From NCBI RefSeq assembly GCF_009914755.1, contig NC_060929.1: a stretch of 64,000 nt of DNA. The stretch is one strand, 5' to 3'. Numbering within the stretch: the stretch's first letter is position 1; each line of letters opens with the position of its first letter. Both the position numbers and the translations under genes were made by a program. Below the pieces are notes generated by a model. The model was not told the DNA's origin and did no database searches. It was given only the letters and a program-made list of their open reading frames with translations. This DNA is from the human T2T-CHM13v2.0 reference genome, Homo sapiens. This document shows positions 41,061 through 57,027 of this stretch, in pieces.

Positions 41061-41665
41061 TATACCAAAAACACAAATGCCAAGAGTTAAACATATGCTA
41101 CGTAATAACTGTATGACATGTTTACTGTACTCATATATTTGAAAATTCTTCTTCTCTTTCAGTTATTATAATCATTGTTAGAAGTAGTCATGAAATCTGG
41201 AAATCATTACTGAGGTCACACCTGGATACAAGAGGAGTAGATGATTATCCGTAGTTTTAGTAGCTTCCCAATGTATCTGCCCCACACTGTCTGAAATGCT
41301 ACCTAACATAAATTAATCAGCTACCTTTCTTGAAATATGAGTTATTATTTCTATTAGAGTAAGGGTCTCAATTTTATTTAAGTATTTCTATTCCTGCAAC
41401 AAATATAAACTCTCCATAGTGTTTGAATGAATGTGTAGTGACTTAAGGAACAAAATATTTAATTTAATTACATTTTTCTTTACCACTTCTGAGTGAATAA
41501 GCCAGAATGGAGTTTCTTTTGGATTTTATAGAACCAGGAACATGGGGAAAGGCAGGCCAAGTAAAGTATCACGTAGGTAGTTCAGCATAGTGTGAAGGAG
41601 CATGTCAACACACAATAAGGGAGGAAAGAAGCTACAATTTAAAAGACAACAGGGGAATGCCAGTG

Positions 41666-41693
41666 ATTTTTTTTTTTTTTTTTTTTTTTTTTT
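41666..41693. repeat. poly(T) tract
   Basis: About 27 T with no adjacent SINE body. Confidence 0.9.
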
Positions 41694-41984
41694 GCGACTG
41701 TTTTCTAGCCTTAGTGGAACCTTCTGGCAATCTCATTATAAATTCCAGGGAGCACTTTAACTTCTGGTACTAACTGTGGACTTGTCTAACGGAGCAGTCC
41801 AGGCTCGACTTTATTTTTCTATCCTCATTGTCATCCCTTCTTAAGTTAAGAAACATTCTGCCCTTTGTCTGAAGGCTTTTTCTTACAATTGCCAAATTTT
41901 AGTGGATTTCTTCCATATTGTTGCCATATACGTGCGCAGCATGAGACAGAAGGTATCATATTATAATATCAGCATTACCAACAC

Positions 41985-42200
41985 AATTGACATACGTTAC
42001 ATGCTCACTCTGTGCCAAGCACTCTGCTAAGTACCTCACATTGAATTTTCCAAGAAACCTAGAAGAGATTTTATTATTATCTCCGTCTTACCAATAAAAA
42101 AGCTGAGGTTGACACAATTGACCTAAGGTCACTTATCTAGAAAGTAGCACAACCAGAATTTGAATCCAACTAGTCTGACTCCAGAACTACAGTATTGTGC
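41985..42200 (-). mobile_element. MIR
   Basis: CTCTGTGCCAAGCACTCTGCTAAG...ATTATTATCTCCG...CCTAAGGTCAC...AGAATTTGAATCC...GTCTGACTCCAGA. Confidence 0.75.
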
Positions 42201-42839
42201 AAGCCTGTCTGCCCATATGCTCACTAGTTGACTAGTCAAATTGACTCATCAAAACCATTAAACACTTAGTATGTTTTCGGAATTGTGCTAAATCCTAGAG
42301 AATACAAAAGGAAATGAAACAATAACTTTGATAGCATAGAGAAAGACACCTATTTCTACCTCTGCTGGCCTGGATGTCTTTGTGGAGAATGTACTTACAG
42401 GAATCTAGAGGAAAGAATAAGAAAGCAACAAACAAAATGTAGAGTTGGTGGACAAACATCTAGGCAGGTGTAAGATTGTACAAAGGAAACAAAACAAAGA
42501 GTGGCTACCCTGGTCTACCTCAGGCCTTTCCTCCTGCAATGCAACCTTTCTTTCTGCAGATAGGCCCTTTCCTTTATTTCTGCTGGTTGAAAATATTCAT
42601 CTCCCAAGACTCATTCAAAATCCTCTCTCTCCTGAGAAGGTCTTTGAGATTCTCACTGCTGAGATGATTCTGGATTCTCACCCTCCTAGAATCCTCTCTG
42701 GCTCTTATTTTAATTCAGTTGACAGTGTGATTACTTCTGGATCTGTTTTATTCCCTGTCTCAAGCAGATTGAAGCATTAGACAGCCTCTTCCTCATGGCC
42801 CTTCCTCTCACTACAGGCCCTAGTCCCCTCAGTTGGCCT

Positions 42840-43495
<656 letters not shown>

Positions 43496-44179
43496 GTTGA
43501 AGTTGACTTCTCTCTTTTTCAGGTAGGGAGGCCCAGATTGAAAGTTGTGAGTGGGAGAACCATGTGAGGGTGATAGGCTGGAGACGAGAAGATGAGGTGC
43601 TGAAAAAGATATTGTTCAGTTAACAAATTCTACATTAATATCAATGTATCCTCAATTTGTGACCATTTTAACCCTGACATTAAAGGAGGCCAGCCAGGAC
43701 CCTAACAAACAGAGTATTTCCCAGATACCCTTTAGAAACTGTCAGCATCCTCAGACTGCTTTTCCCATCTTAGAGTCTTAGTTCTGTCCTCTCCTTTTGC
43801 TAAAGAAGTGCCCACATGACATCCTACAATCACTGGGAAGCAGAGTCACCCCAGCTTAGTGCTCTAATGACTGGTTCCAAATCTCCCTGTGGTGAGACTC
43901 CTGTAAAATGAGGAAAGATCTTTGAACCTCAAAGCTTGTAACCCAACTGGTACATAAAAATGTCCTCATTCTCCACAGCTTGCTTTTAACATCTCTGCAA
44001 TACTGAGGACATCTGTTATTTTTGCCTACCCAATTTTTTCCAGTACCATCATCTTGGAGGACTACTGCCCATCTCTTGGCTAAAGTCAGGGACATCACCC
44101 AAATTAGACTTCCTGAATCTTAATCTTGACGAAAGTGTCACAAAAATGAAAATCTTTCAGAATTCAGTGGAGCCCGAAA

Positions 44180-44355
44180 GATAGTGGTGAGATTTGGGGC
44201 AAGTTACTTAACTTCTCTATGTCTCAATTTCCTTATGGTAATAATACTAATAATACCTATCATATTGCATTGTGGTGTGGATTACGGATGCTAATACATG
44301 TAACACTTAGAACAGGGCCAGGTACAGAAAAAGTGCTAAATAAGTGTTATCAATA
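44180..44355 (+). mobile_element. MIR
   Basis: GGGCAAGTTACTTAACTTCTCTATGTCTCAATTTCCTTAT...AACACTTAGAACAGGGCCAGGTACAG. Confidence 0.8.
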
Positions 44356-44379
44356 AGTAATATAGCTATTCGAGTTTTG

Positions 44380-44535
44380 AAGCTGCCATATTCTTGTCCA
44401 TTATGTGGCCTGACTGTACAGTTTTTCCTTCAGCTTTCTGGGTTACTCCCATTCCCTTCCAATGAACATTGTTTTTAGCTGAAATTGGCCTGCGTTGGTT
44501 TGTGTTGCTTGCTACCAGAAAACCCTAATGGCTGT
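44380..44535 (+). mobile_element. Old MaLR LTR (MLT1-like) 3' fragment
   Basis: TTTTTAGCTGAAATTGGCCTGCGTTGGTTTGTGTTGCTTGCTACCAGAAAACCCTAA resembles an MLT1 3' terminus. Confidence 0.45.
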
Positions 44536-44829
44536 TTCTCTCACACACCATAGGCCTTTTCTCCCCAAAGTGTTTATTAGACCCTAGAGAGCAATAACCA
44601 TATATTATTAATGTCTGCGTCATCTAGAACACCAAGAGTGGTGCTTTGTATGTAGAAATATTCATTTCAGTGACTGGAAGACCAAAGACATAAATAATAC
44701 CACTGACCTCTTTTTTTAGGGCTTTACCACAATTTTTTTTAGCAATAAAAATCTGAACTAAGAACATCATGATCTCCTTCAGAGGCCTAACAGCTGCCAT
44801 CACCAAATATTTAACTTTCCAGGGAGGCA

Positions 44830-44990
44830 ACTAGTGCAAGGGAAAGAGAGCTCTGGAGTCCCAGGGGCCTGTGCTCCCTTTCTCACCCTGCCACTTACTC
44901 CCCAAGTGACCTTAGGTAAATAACCTAAACTCTCTGAGTTTCAGTTTCCTTATCTGTAAAATGGAGATAATAAAATGTATCCCACAGGGA
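44830..44990 (+). mobile_element. MIR
   Basis: CTGCCACTTACT...GTGACCTTAGGTAAATAACCTAAACTCTCTGAGTTTCAGTTTCCTTATCTGTAAAATGGAGATAATAA. Confidence 0.85.
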
Positions 44991-46290
44991 CTTGGAAACC
45001 CACAGAACAGATTATATAAGCCATGCTGGATCCTCTATTCAGCTAATACTCTTATTTTTTGGAAGTGTTCTGAAAGTGCACAGGAAGAAACAGAAAATTA
45101 AACTTTTAATGAAAATAAGTTATTTATAGGAGTATACGACTTGACCTGCAACTGAAATGTAAACAAATCCTGCTTGGTTAAAGGAACAACAAAAAGTGAA
45201 GGGAACAGGAAATTAAGTTTTTGGGTTGGGGCTTTCAAATGGTGCCATTTTACCATGAATGCAGAACTAAATGCAGCTTTTTTGTTTGTTTTTGTTTTTT
45301 ACAATTATTACTTATCCAGCACCCAACAGATTTCATTTTCATGTATATTTTGTATCGTACTCACTTAAAAAGAAGCTCATCTAAAATTTACTAAAGGATA
45401 AATCTTAATTGTTGAGAACTCGACTCCTCTCTGATTAGTTTTATGAACACATTTTGATAGCAGAAACATTTTGTTTTAAGCTTCCTTTTATTATCCTTGT
45501 TTGTTTGCATCTTTATTCTTCCAAATTGTTTATATTATTTTTGAATGATAGAAATACTATAACTATGTAAAACTATTTGGAAATTTAAAAATAGAAACTA
45601 TTGCTAATAATGTCACTATTCTAAGTTGTTTCCTTTTAGTAGATTTTTTCTTTTCTCTTTATTTAATTGAAATGTATTCTAGCCTAATTTTTAAATTTAA
45701 GGCATGATAAGCATTTTCTATCTCTATAGTTTTCTAACAGTAAATTTTTCTAGCTACAAATCTTAAAACTGAATAGATATTTGGACTATCTACCTTAAAA
45801 ATCTTTTTGCTCTTGTTTTAATTATTTTTATAAATCTGCTTGTATTTTGACTTCAATATAAGTCTGATTTTGAAAGTTTAATGATATTTAAAAGCTGGTA
45901 ATACACATTAAGGCACATACCTTGTTGATACTCAAAGATATTCATCTGCAGACATAGAAGCACTTCATGAAAAAATTTCATTTATATTTGCGTTATGGAA
46001 AATCTTGGAGACAAGAACAGTAAGTGCCTCTTTGATTATCAGAACCACTGCCAACTTTGAGATACGAGTGATTACAATATGTAGATTTTCTATTTCCCCT
46101 AGTGTTTCTCCTAGCTCCTAATTTTTCTGTTGGTAAAGGTGGAGCTGGTGAGGGAGTCTGGGAAAGGGTATGCTTTAGTGATCTAGCTCATAATTATATC
46201 ATAACTAGAATCTAGCTTTTATTTTTAATGTTATTTAGCATGATTTTGGAAAGCAGTTAATAGAGATTTTGGCTGTTTAAAAGACCTTGC

Positions 46291-46607
<317 letters not shown>

Positions 46608-46984
46608 CTAGACAGGTGCATTCTCTGATAAATGCAGTCGCATACAGACACAGAGTGGAAGAATATAATAGGGCTCCCAATCCACACACTGGGGGCAGGG
46701 AAGGAGAAAGTGCATCTTCATCAGAGATTTACATTTGGTAGAAATCAGGGTGGGGACAGGAAGATGGAGACTGAGCACAGAGGGAAGTTTCCACAGAAAG
46801 AGAACAGCAACTTCAAGGACCTGGAGGTAGAAGATAGCAGGGCAAGTGCCTTCTGGAAATTATAGTGTGGAGTGAGGGCAGGGATATCCAAGAGTAGGGA
46901 GGCAAAAACGAGAGACCACAAGGACTTCATACTTCTTTTATAGTTAGTTTCAGGATGGCTCAGTGCTGAGTACACAGCATGTTT

Positions 46985-47680
46985 ACTCTCATTATTTATT
47001 CAGAAAATATTTATTGGTCACTCAGCAATATGCCAGGGACACAAAAATAAACAAGACTTCTGTTCTTGTAGAAATTGCAACTTTAAAAGAAGACATATAT
47101 TAATTAATCATATAACCACACAAAGAAACATGAAATTAAATGTGGTACTCTGTGTTGAAAAGGAAGACTTGATTATTCTGAGAACTCAGGAAAGCTTTCT
47201 TATGAAAGGATAAGTAAGAATGGACTAAACCATGAGGAAGAGAAGAGCATTCCAAATGGAGAAAACCATATGTGCATGGGTCCTGGGGTAAGCACACCAA
47301 ATGATACAAACTGAAAAAGAGATCCGTTAAATGCAGGTGACTGAGTGGGATATGGGGCAGGGAAATGCAGTGGAACCATATTAAGAAATTGTCAGTATTC
47401 TAAAAGCAACAGACATTGAAGAGTTCTAAACTGAGTGGTGACATGACTAGATATGTGTTTTGTAAAAGTTACTCCAGCTACATTGTAGAAAATAAGTTTA
47501 AAGTCTGAAAGAATATACTTCATGATAACCCAGAATAGAAGTTTAACATCTTGGATTTGGGAGGTAGAGTTTATTATCAAGCAATTTGGAATATAGGGAG
47601 AAATATTTAGAAGATAAATAGCCACAGGGGCTAATGGATTAGACATGGGGGTCAGGGAGAAGAAGTAGTAAATGGTTTAT
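46985..47680 (-). mobile_element. L2 3' fragment
   Basis: TTTATTCAGAAAATATTTATTGGTCAC...ATATGCCAGG and GTGACATGACTAGATATGTGTTTTGTAAAAGTTACTCCAGCT. Confidence 0.7.
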
Positions 47681-50600
47681 CATTTGATTTCCATCTGGTT
47701 TCTTTATCATAAGATTTTTAATGTCTATTTTCTTACCTCTTGCTTCTTTGAAAAACATGTAAGTTCAAATGTTCATGCTTTCAGTAGTTAGTATCAAGCT
47801 CTTGCTAGGTCTCTGCACCATGCTAGTTAGTAAATAACATATAAAGATGAATAAGTGAGTAAGACACTATCCTGCCACTTTAAGTGTAGGAGAGGTGCAG
47901 CCCAAGATCCCATTCTGTTTGACAGCAAGCTTCGTTGCAAGGTGGTCATAAAGTCATATTTTGTAAAATTGGCAGTTTGGAATTCATAGTGATAAAGTCA
48001 TATTTCTCTAAATGTGGACACATATGAAGAAGTTTAATCATTAAGCCATGTTTCTATAGATTGGGTAAATATATGCAAAATAACACTGAGTTATTTGCTT
48101 GCTGTGAAAACCCACTAATTGTCTCTTTGAGTGGTCTGACTGCACCTTCCACACAAGGAGGTTTTGACAATCATAATTCTTCAAACTATGCCAATACCAT
48201 AATCAAAGTGTTTACTCCATTTATATTTTAATCTGTTTATAATTGCCATTTTTGTATATTCACACTATTTCCTTTGTTTCTGTCTTTAGATAATATATAG
48301 GTCATTCTTTCACTTTTGTACTCTAAGGATGCCAGATTGAGGCCACACATGGAGAGCGACTACCAGCTCCTCCTTTTTGCTTTCCTTTCTTAAGATGTTC
48401 AATTTGCCAGTTGATTAAGATTTTGCTTTCTAGACAACTCTCCATAAACAGTTGGTAGAAAACAGTGGATGCTGCTTTGTTCATACTCTGGAAAAACTCT
48501 TGTATATTCACAAGTGCTTATGGTAGAACTACAGAAGTTTCCCTTGCTTACATCAAGAGCTTTTAACAATTGTAGCATACTTTCTTTAGTTTGCCCACAC
48601 GTGTGACATTTAGGAGGAAATCGAAACATGGTAGAACCTGTTAAAATAAACAAACACCATATTAGAACAGAATTGGTAAAACACTGAGCGAATCACCCAA
48701 AATAAAAATCTCATGGATCAATTTTATTTTCATACGTAAATATTTAAAACTCCACAGAAAGAAAATATTCATATGTATCTTTTAGTAATGCTTGTTAGCT
48801 GTCCTTATTAATACCTGCTTCACAAGCCTTGAGGGCATCCGTTCTAAAATAGGAAAAACATAATCTGTATGCGAGGAAAACTACAAAGAAGCAATAAATT
48901 ATTGCTGTAATGACATGCTAATTAAAATTTTGCTTGTAACTCATGTAAGTGTTTGAAGCCCAGCAAATTTCTCTTTTCATTTGTGAAGTGTGAAGGTAAA
49001 TTGCCCAGTGACAGTGGGACATCGCTAACAAGTACAAATTGAATAACATGCTATCTTGCTCTATTAGCCCTGACTAGCATGTCTGAATTAGATATTCAGC
49101 GCACTCCCCATTGTAGGCCTGATTGATAAATGCTAAGGAGAATTTGTCAAAACAACAGGGGCTACACCCAGTGGGACATCAATATGCTCCATTTAGTCAC
49201 CCCCACAGCACTTCCTACATAGGATTGTCACATAAAATTAAGACTAGCCGCTAACCAGCCATCAAGCTTGTAGCAGACGTCAGGCAGCCTGTGTTCTGTA
49301 TGCATATTAGTCACATGCTTAACAATTTGGGCTGTCAGGACAGAAGCATGCAGTGACCTCTGGAGCAGAGGTTGAATTTTGCAGCTATACCAAAACATCA
49401 TGCTCAGCTGTTCAAGATTTTAGACCATTTCCTGCCAGATCTGTGCACAGATGCAGTGCCCTAAGCTATAATCTGTAGCAGCGTCCAAATGGCAAATGGC
49501 ACCAGGAAGATTATTGCATTATATATTAAGTACCACAAGTCTGTAAATTATAAGTAAACTACTGTTCAGACTGTCTCCTCCAGCTTTCAGGATACTTTCC
49601 CTTTTCATTCTTTTTAAAATAAACCTAATAAATATTGGGTGAACTGGAGATCAAAGCCCAGAGTTTGAATTAGCCATCTCCATTGCTAATTAGCTGCTTG
49701 AATATCAAACAGTTTTGGACCAGCTGTAATTTAATAAGCCATGATTGAGGTTGGCCTGATTTTGTTTCCCATTGAAAATTCTTCTCAGGTGCAAGTTTGT
49801 ATGATTTTAGAATTCATGGTGATAAGTTGTTTTTGGTATTTCCCTTGTAAACATAATTAACCATAAATACAGAAAAACACTAATAAAAGTCACTGGGATC
49901 TAACAGAATCTTTATTTGACCTGTTTTCTTATTTCTGTTGCATTATATTTAGGCTCCTTACAAAGGAGGTTATCTGATAATCAAATAAAGAATTAACTAA
50001 AATATAATAAAGTCATATGTTTGAAATAAAAGGTATTCTCTGCAAAATATGTTTTAATATTTTTTAACTCAGTATATATTGTGTAAATGAGAAGCTTGTC
50101 ATTCTCTAATTTGTCATTAAGCACTGGAGCTAGGATGTCTTTTGAAAATAAATTGCTTAAGCTTCCATTTATAAATAGCATAATAAACCATATTTTCTGA
50201 GGTATTAAAAAGAATATATCAAATAGCTCTTATTTTACAGACTATACATCTGTTGGAACTCAAGAGAATTTTTTCTGAGTTGAACGTTTAAACATCAAAT
50301 ACTGAACATTTTTCTCTATATATTCTGGGATCCTTGCTTTTATTCTGAGAACCAAAGCAAAATTATCCAAGTAGCATTAGAAGTATATTTCTTGTGGCAC
50401 TTCTATGGAATTTAGTTATAAGAAATATATGAAATATGATGAAAAATCTATTGTTAGACTTGCGCAGTATTTCTTCTTTCTGGGACATAAAGGCAAGACA
50501 TTTAACCTGCTACTACTATTCTGTCTTTTTCATTTCAGAGACAGCACATGAGTAAAATCTTGCCTTTTGACACCTTCTAGATTTTATACATTCTAGAGTT

Positions 50601-52369
50601 CAAAAAATTTTGACTTTTTGATAGTTTCAGTTTTATTGCTATTATAACCATACGATAAATTGACTCGTAGGATTCCTCCCAGAAAAATGCTAATTTTTCA
50701 TGAAAATCAATGACATTAAATTCCTTAGCATATATAAATTTTAATTTTCAAAAAAACTCATTTAACTTTTAAAAAAATCATTTAATTAAAAAAATTGGTG
50801 AGCTGCAGTCTGTTTATGGTTTTATGTTAAACTATATAGTAAGCCTAAGTAGGAGGGCTATATAGAGAACCTGAAACAAAGTTTGTTCAATGCCATTCAA
50901 GTGACAACCACAAAGCTAATGATAGTTTAAACAATGGCTACACACCACCATATTGCTGGAGATTATTACAAGGCTTATTAAGAAAAGGAAGACATAGGTG
51001 AACACTTAGTAGTTAAGCTGAGCAGGTAGAAACCTTTTTTCTTTAAAGGTTTTTTTCTTCAAATTTTTTTAAGTTGAGAACTATCTCAGTGCTATAGGAT
51101 ATTTCACATTTATTAAAGCTGGAGGGAACAACCAACTCTATTTCTAAGAAATGGCCACTTTAAATTATTCAACAACATTTAGCTCAAAAAATTTCAGTTA
51201 TGATGAATTTTATACATTCCGCTTTCACTCCCCCACGTCTCCCCAATCTTCTAGTTTGAACAGAAAAACAAAGGACAGCAGGGTCCCTTTCGCCTCAGGC
51301 AACAGTCTGTTGATGGATATTGTAGCAGCTGAATTGCTCCCCATTCACATTCTAAACCCTTTCTCCTAATTGTCGTCTGTATCATCAATGTCACTAACTG
51401 AGACCACTGCCACAATTCTACAGCCCTTTGGAGCAATATTGCCTTGGCTTTTTCTCCTGGGGCTTGCTTCTTGCTTGGTGCAATCTGTGAAGCCACTTAG
51501 CACAGGATCTTGTTGACTTATAACAGGTACCAGATGATGCATCCAGACCTCTAGCCTAGTTTTATGCTCTCATGGCTTGTGTGCCTGCCACTAGTGTGTG
51601 TGTGTGTGTGCGCACAGATGTCAGAGGATAGATGATGCTTCTGCTGCCATTTTCATGCAAGAGCTTCAGGTTGGTGGGAAGAAATTCAATAGTACATGAG
51701 AAAATCTGATGTCTAAGAGAAATCGTGTTCTTGTGTTTGATGGCTTTGTGCACTCTTTTTTAAACCCAGCCCAGAATTCTCACGAAGCATATTTATACTG
51801 CTATATCACTGTGATGCTTTAGGAAATAAAATGTAATTGCCTCCCTCTTTCCACTGATTTCCTTGATCTTTAAATACTCTACCTTGTCCTCACAGTTCAT
51901 AAAAATAAGTTTAAGGAAAAATTATTCACATGAATAAGTTATATATAAGGATTTGGAAAGAAAGTACTCCCAAGTGGCTATTTTTTATAATAACAATTTT
52001 TATTAATAGCAATAGTGTTATCTTGGTGAGAAAATAAAATTTATTTTCCCATAAATTTATACAGAAGATTTCTTCCTAAAGTTCAAACTTGTATTAAACT
52101 AAAGTTCATCTACAAACATACATAATGTAATTTGAGAAAAATTATATTAAATGTTTATACAATTGTTATATCTCCTAATAAATAAAATTTATATATATAT
52201 AAAATAAAATTAACTTATGCAATATACATGTAACTCAAAAAATACATCAGCAATTAAACCAACTGTATTTGTTTTAAAAATACAGGTAATGATGTATACA
52301 GGTCATTATGCATCTGTGTTTTCTATAGCTGAACTTCCATTATTTCAGTTATAAATTTTGTTTTCTTTA

Positions 52370-52575
52370 TTGAGATTATTTTAGTAATTACCGTCTTCCC
52401 CCATATGATTGTAAATTCTATGAAAGAATCATGTCTTCTTTTTACTCACCTTTGTTATCCACAGTGCCTTACAAAAAATGTCTAGTTCATTGTAAGTTTC
52501 ACAAGTATTGGTAGACTTAATATACGAATGAATGAATCAATCAATGAATCAATGAATGAATTAGTGAATGAAGGA
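52370..52575 (+). mobile_element. L2 3' end
   Basis: GATTGTAAATTCTATGAA...TATCCACAGTGCCT...(TGAA)n tail. Confidence 0.65.
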
Positions 52576-54149
52576 ATATATAAAATAACTGGAATTCCTG
52601 GAAAATTTTTAGCACTTGAAATGGAAGCCTTTTACAGGAACCTCAACAAGAATGTGGATAATCCTAAATGTTGCTGTGGGCTCATAGTGCTGTCTCTGTT
52701 TGGAATATCATACAGCCTTCAATCTCCTTTGAAACTTTTAACATAGTTCCAAGCTTTGAATCCCATCAACTTCAGAGGAAACTCTCACTTTAGGTGATCT
52801 CTTTGAACAACAAAGCACAATAAGATAATTCCTAGGATGACTTTACTCTTCAGGAGGGATTCTGATATCTTACTCTCTTTCACTGTATCTACAGAATGCC
52901 ACTTCAGTTGGAATATTTTTTAAGTATGGGCCTTTATAAAACATTTATCCTCTCAAAATATGCAAGAAAACATGGCATTTTTTAATAAGGTGAATAGAGT
53001 GAAATAGAGTTATACGCTAGTTTCTGTATTTTCAAACAATGTTACTCATAATGGATTTGATTTTTTTCCCCACATCTTGATCCAAAATGGAGAATTTCAT
53101 CATTTCTCTCTTTTCCCACTTCTGTGATGATTTTCTATACAGATTAGATTACAGTAATATCCTTTTGCCTAGGGTGTCCCCTGAGGGCCACCCAAGAGCT
53201 TTCCTTCCTACAAATGGTAACAGCCTATGGTTCTAGTGTGTTTTTGCCTAAAGCATATAGTGCTTATGAAATATAAGGGTTCTCTGTCCTGTAGTTCATT
53301 TCATATGGTTATGAAATTGTTTCAAAAGCTTTCTGAATATGGTCAGTATGATGTTTCTAACTTTTAATCAACAGTGTTTGATGCCAATAAATCTACGTGT
53401 CTGTGTCTGTGTATGCCTGTGTGTGTTTGTGTGTTGAAGTATTCCACTCTAAAATATTTATTTATGCATTAGTGGCCTATCATGGTCATCTTCCTGTAAA
53501 AAGCAATACAACTGGTAAATGCCAATTTGTCTTACTCTGCATGTGAGAAGGAGCCTTTCTAGGGTTATGATTCTAAATTTGCTATTGTGATAATACATAT
53601 TATCTACTAGTCTTTTCTTGTAAGTTTGAATTTAAAATGATTTCAGCCTTGAGCTAATAAATGTTCTGCAAAGTTGAAAACAATGTGCTATATCATCAGA
53701 AGTGATGTTTTATGATATTTACTACATACTATGATTATTTTCAGTCATAATTATTAAAAATTAAAACATTTATGACTATTAAACTTTTACTTTGAATGCA
53801 AATACTTTTAAAATATTTAAATATTTTCAATACTTTTTATTGAGAATAAAAGTAAGTTTTACTTTCTATACATACACTCACACACATTGATTCTATATCG
53901 GAAAGAATGGTTGATTAATAACTGATAATCATAGTTTCTTCTATAGCAACAAATTAAATAATTCAATTCCAAAAGTATAATGAAAACTGGAATCCATATT
54001 AGATTTCCACATTGCTCAAAATAATGAAATAGTTATCACAAATTCACCTTATGTGTTTTATCAGTATAACTATGATGAAAAATTATTCTCCAATACTACT
54101 CTTAAGCCATCATGTCTAAAATAAAGACTTAAAGACTGTGGTTTCTTTT

Positions 54150-54900
54150 TTTAAAAAAATGTTCTCTTCTGACTTTCTTATTTTGTCCAATATTGTTACT
54201 GTCAGAATTTCAATCATCCTAAGAACCTAGAGTTAATTTGGGGCCCTCCCTCCTTTCTAACTGCTGTAGGACTTGGTAACAGTCCATTAGTTAGAAGCAT
54301 GAAAGATAATTCCTCAGGCCCTTCCCTTCTCGGCAGTTCCCACTGTCACTACTGTATTCCAGGTCCTTATCATTTATCACTCTCATCTAGATTTCTCCTT
54401 CAGCATCCTCCTAAACATCCTTTTTGGTTCCTATCACCCAAAGGCAGATCTTCCTGCACAAATACTAGATTAATTATAATCTCATCGGAAGTATCCAGAG
54501 CTGCCCATGGCTAATGGGGTAACTATGAACTGTTTTGCTAGAATTTAGGGCTTTTGATATCTTGCTTCAACCTTTCTTTTCATCATTATTTCCCACTTGT
54601 CACTCAAGCTGTATTGCTCTACTTGTAATGGTCTGATTATTTCTACTTCATTATCTCTGCCTATACTATCATTACTTCTCACACTTAAAAAGACCTTCTC
54701 ACTTTTAAACACCTTGGAACCCTGCCTCCAAAGTCAGCCTTCTTAATTTCCCTAGCACTCAATGTTCTTTCTCACCCCTTCTATCTTTCTTTTTAGCAGT
54801 CACTTAGCCCTTGTGCTATATTTCATTGTATTATTTTTGTGTTACAGATGCTTTACCAGTTCGTCTTCATGCCTTTAAAAAGGGGGTCTTTATTTCCTCT
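54150..54900 (+). mobile_element. L2 fragment (highly diverged)
   Basis: CT-rich L2-like body (AGAACCTAGAGTT...CCAGGTCCTTATCATTT...GATCTTCCTGCACAAATACTAGATT). Confidence 0.45.
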
Positions 54901-57027
54901 TTCCCTGCATTGCTCATCATTGAGGTAGGTTCCCCAGAACATTTACTGGTGGAAAAAGTAAGAAATTCCACACAAAGTTTAAACTATTTTAAGTGGAAAA
55001 CAATTTATTTGATGAAACCAAACATTTTTTAGCCTATTAGTAAGGTAAAATGATCATCTTAAACATATATCGAAGTTTACTTATATTTTCTTTGATACTA
55101 TAGATATGAAACTTTAGTAAAAATTAGGACAACTGAAGTTGAACCCTAATCAAAATTGATCTTTTTTTTAAAAACAAAGAAAGCCCAAATTTATGTCTTT
55201 CATAAATAATAATGTTATTTAACAGCAGAAAGATAAAAAGTTATATTTGAATATACATGAGAATTGTTAGGAAATGAGACTAGGTGAATTTTATATATTT
55301 GATTCAGAGACTTGTGTAATGTCCTACATATAATATAGGTTCAAAATAATATATATCTGGAAAGAAAAATATAAATGACTAAGATCCCACAAATTTACAG
55401 TCAGAAGCTTGTCAAAAGTTCAGGATGGATGGGTAATTCAACACTCCTCAATATAACAGCATTTTAAAAGTCATTACCAGCATAATAATTATAATAAATA
55501 TAAACATTTAAATATTACACCTACTTTTGTGTGTAACACTCCACAAAAAACTTCATCTTCAAAAGTTCTTTCTACTGAAAACTCTGCAGCCATAGTAAAG
55601 TGTGTTTATTTTTGGGTATTTGCCTTGACATTTTTAACAATTCTTAAAAGTCTAAAATATGTTTCTCATTTTGCAGCTTTGTTCTTATATTTATATTTAA
55701 GTTTTATATATAAAACATATTTGCAGGAAAAGGGATACTCTAAGATAGTGCCTTCTCTTTCATTACCTTAGCAAATGCGTTTTATGGAGTTTAGTGTTTT
55801 GGTCATTGGGGAGTTGTGATACTATTGGGTAAATATTTTTCAGTTACTCCTCAATTTCTAAAATCTCGTTGCAAAGTCCATTAGACCAGTTAATTAATGT
55901 ATGACCAAAATGAGAAGCTCACCCCCAAATTCATCACAGAGACTTACTCTGTTGCATAATCACAAATAAACTTGTCATCTCATTTAACTTGCAAATGTGT
56001 ACTTCCAATTATAATGGGAGGGAAGATAGTTTGTAAGTGTATCCTGACCACTGGAAAAGAAAAAGTAGATCAATTCGTTGATGATGAGGAGTGCTGGCAC
56101 CATCTTTGATTGTAAGAACAAGTTTTTTTAAAAAAGTAAATTTGATCGATTTAGAAAAGAAATTACAAAATTATATTCTGATCTTTATCCGACATGCCTT
56201 AAATGAAAATATCCAATAGTTATTATTACATATAATACTATATATAACTATATATAATATGTTCTATGTATAATATAATGTAAAATATATAATCTATGTA
56301 TATTTGTTTTTGTGTAAATTTATGTTATACAAATGTATATACATGATGTATATGAATGTATATCTATGTAGCTAATCTACTTACCTACCTGTTTATCTGA
56401 TAATTCTCCATTATTTGGCTGAAAGTAAGAGCACATGTAATCCAAGTATGAGGACTTAGACCAATACATTTTTATTATCAGACTTAACTTTAGCTTTCTG
56501 GCAAATGTACTATACAATTTTTTCATAAGTAAAATTTTAATATAAATAAATTTCTAGTTCTGAAGTTCCCCTTGTCAATTTTATACTATTCAGCATTGTC
56601 TAGTTAGTTCATGCACTTAGTCACTATATTTACTTCTGGAGGACATTTGACTATTATTTACAAGAAAATTCATTCTTAACAATTAAGATTAACCATTATG
56701 GTAAACAGTCAAGAGATAAATTATTTAACAACCAATAGCATCATTATTGGAATAAGTGTTTCTCCTCCAAGACTGTCACATATCTATATGCATGTGTGTG
56801 TCTATGAACTCATAGCAGAAATCCAAAACTACTTTTTTTTTTTTACAAGATTGATAATACTGCCTATATGCTATTATTTTGCATGTTTTTTTTTTTTTTT
56901 TTTGGTGGGGAAAAGTTCTAGTTTTATAGCATTATCTAGCAATTAGCTGTCATAAACAATACTGGATTTTGATATAAAGTAATGGTGGATTCCTCAAGCT
57001 ACATGTAAAAATCTATTTATCTTATAC

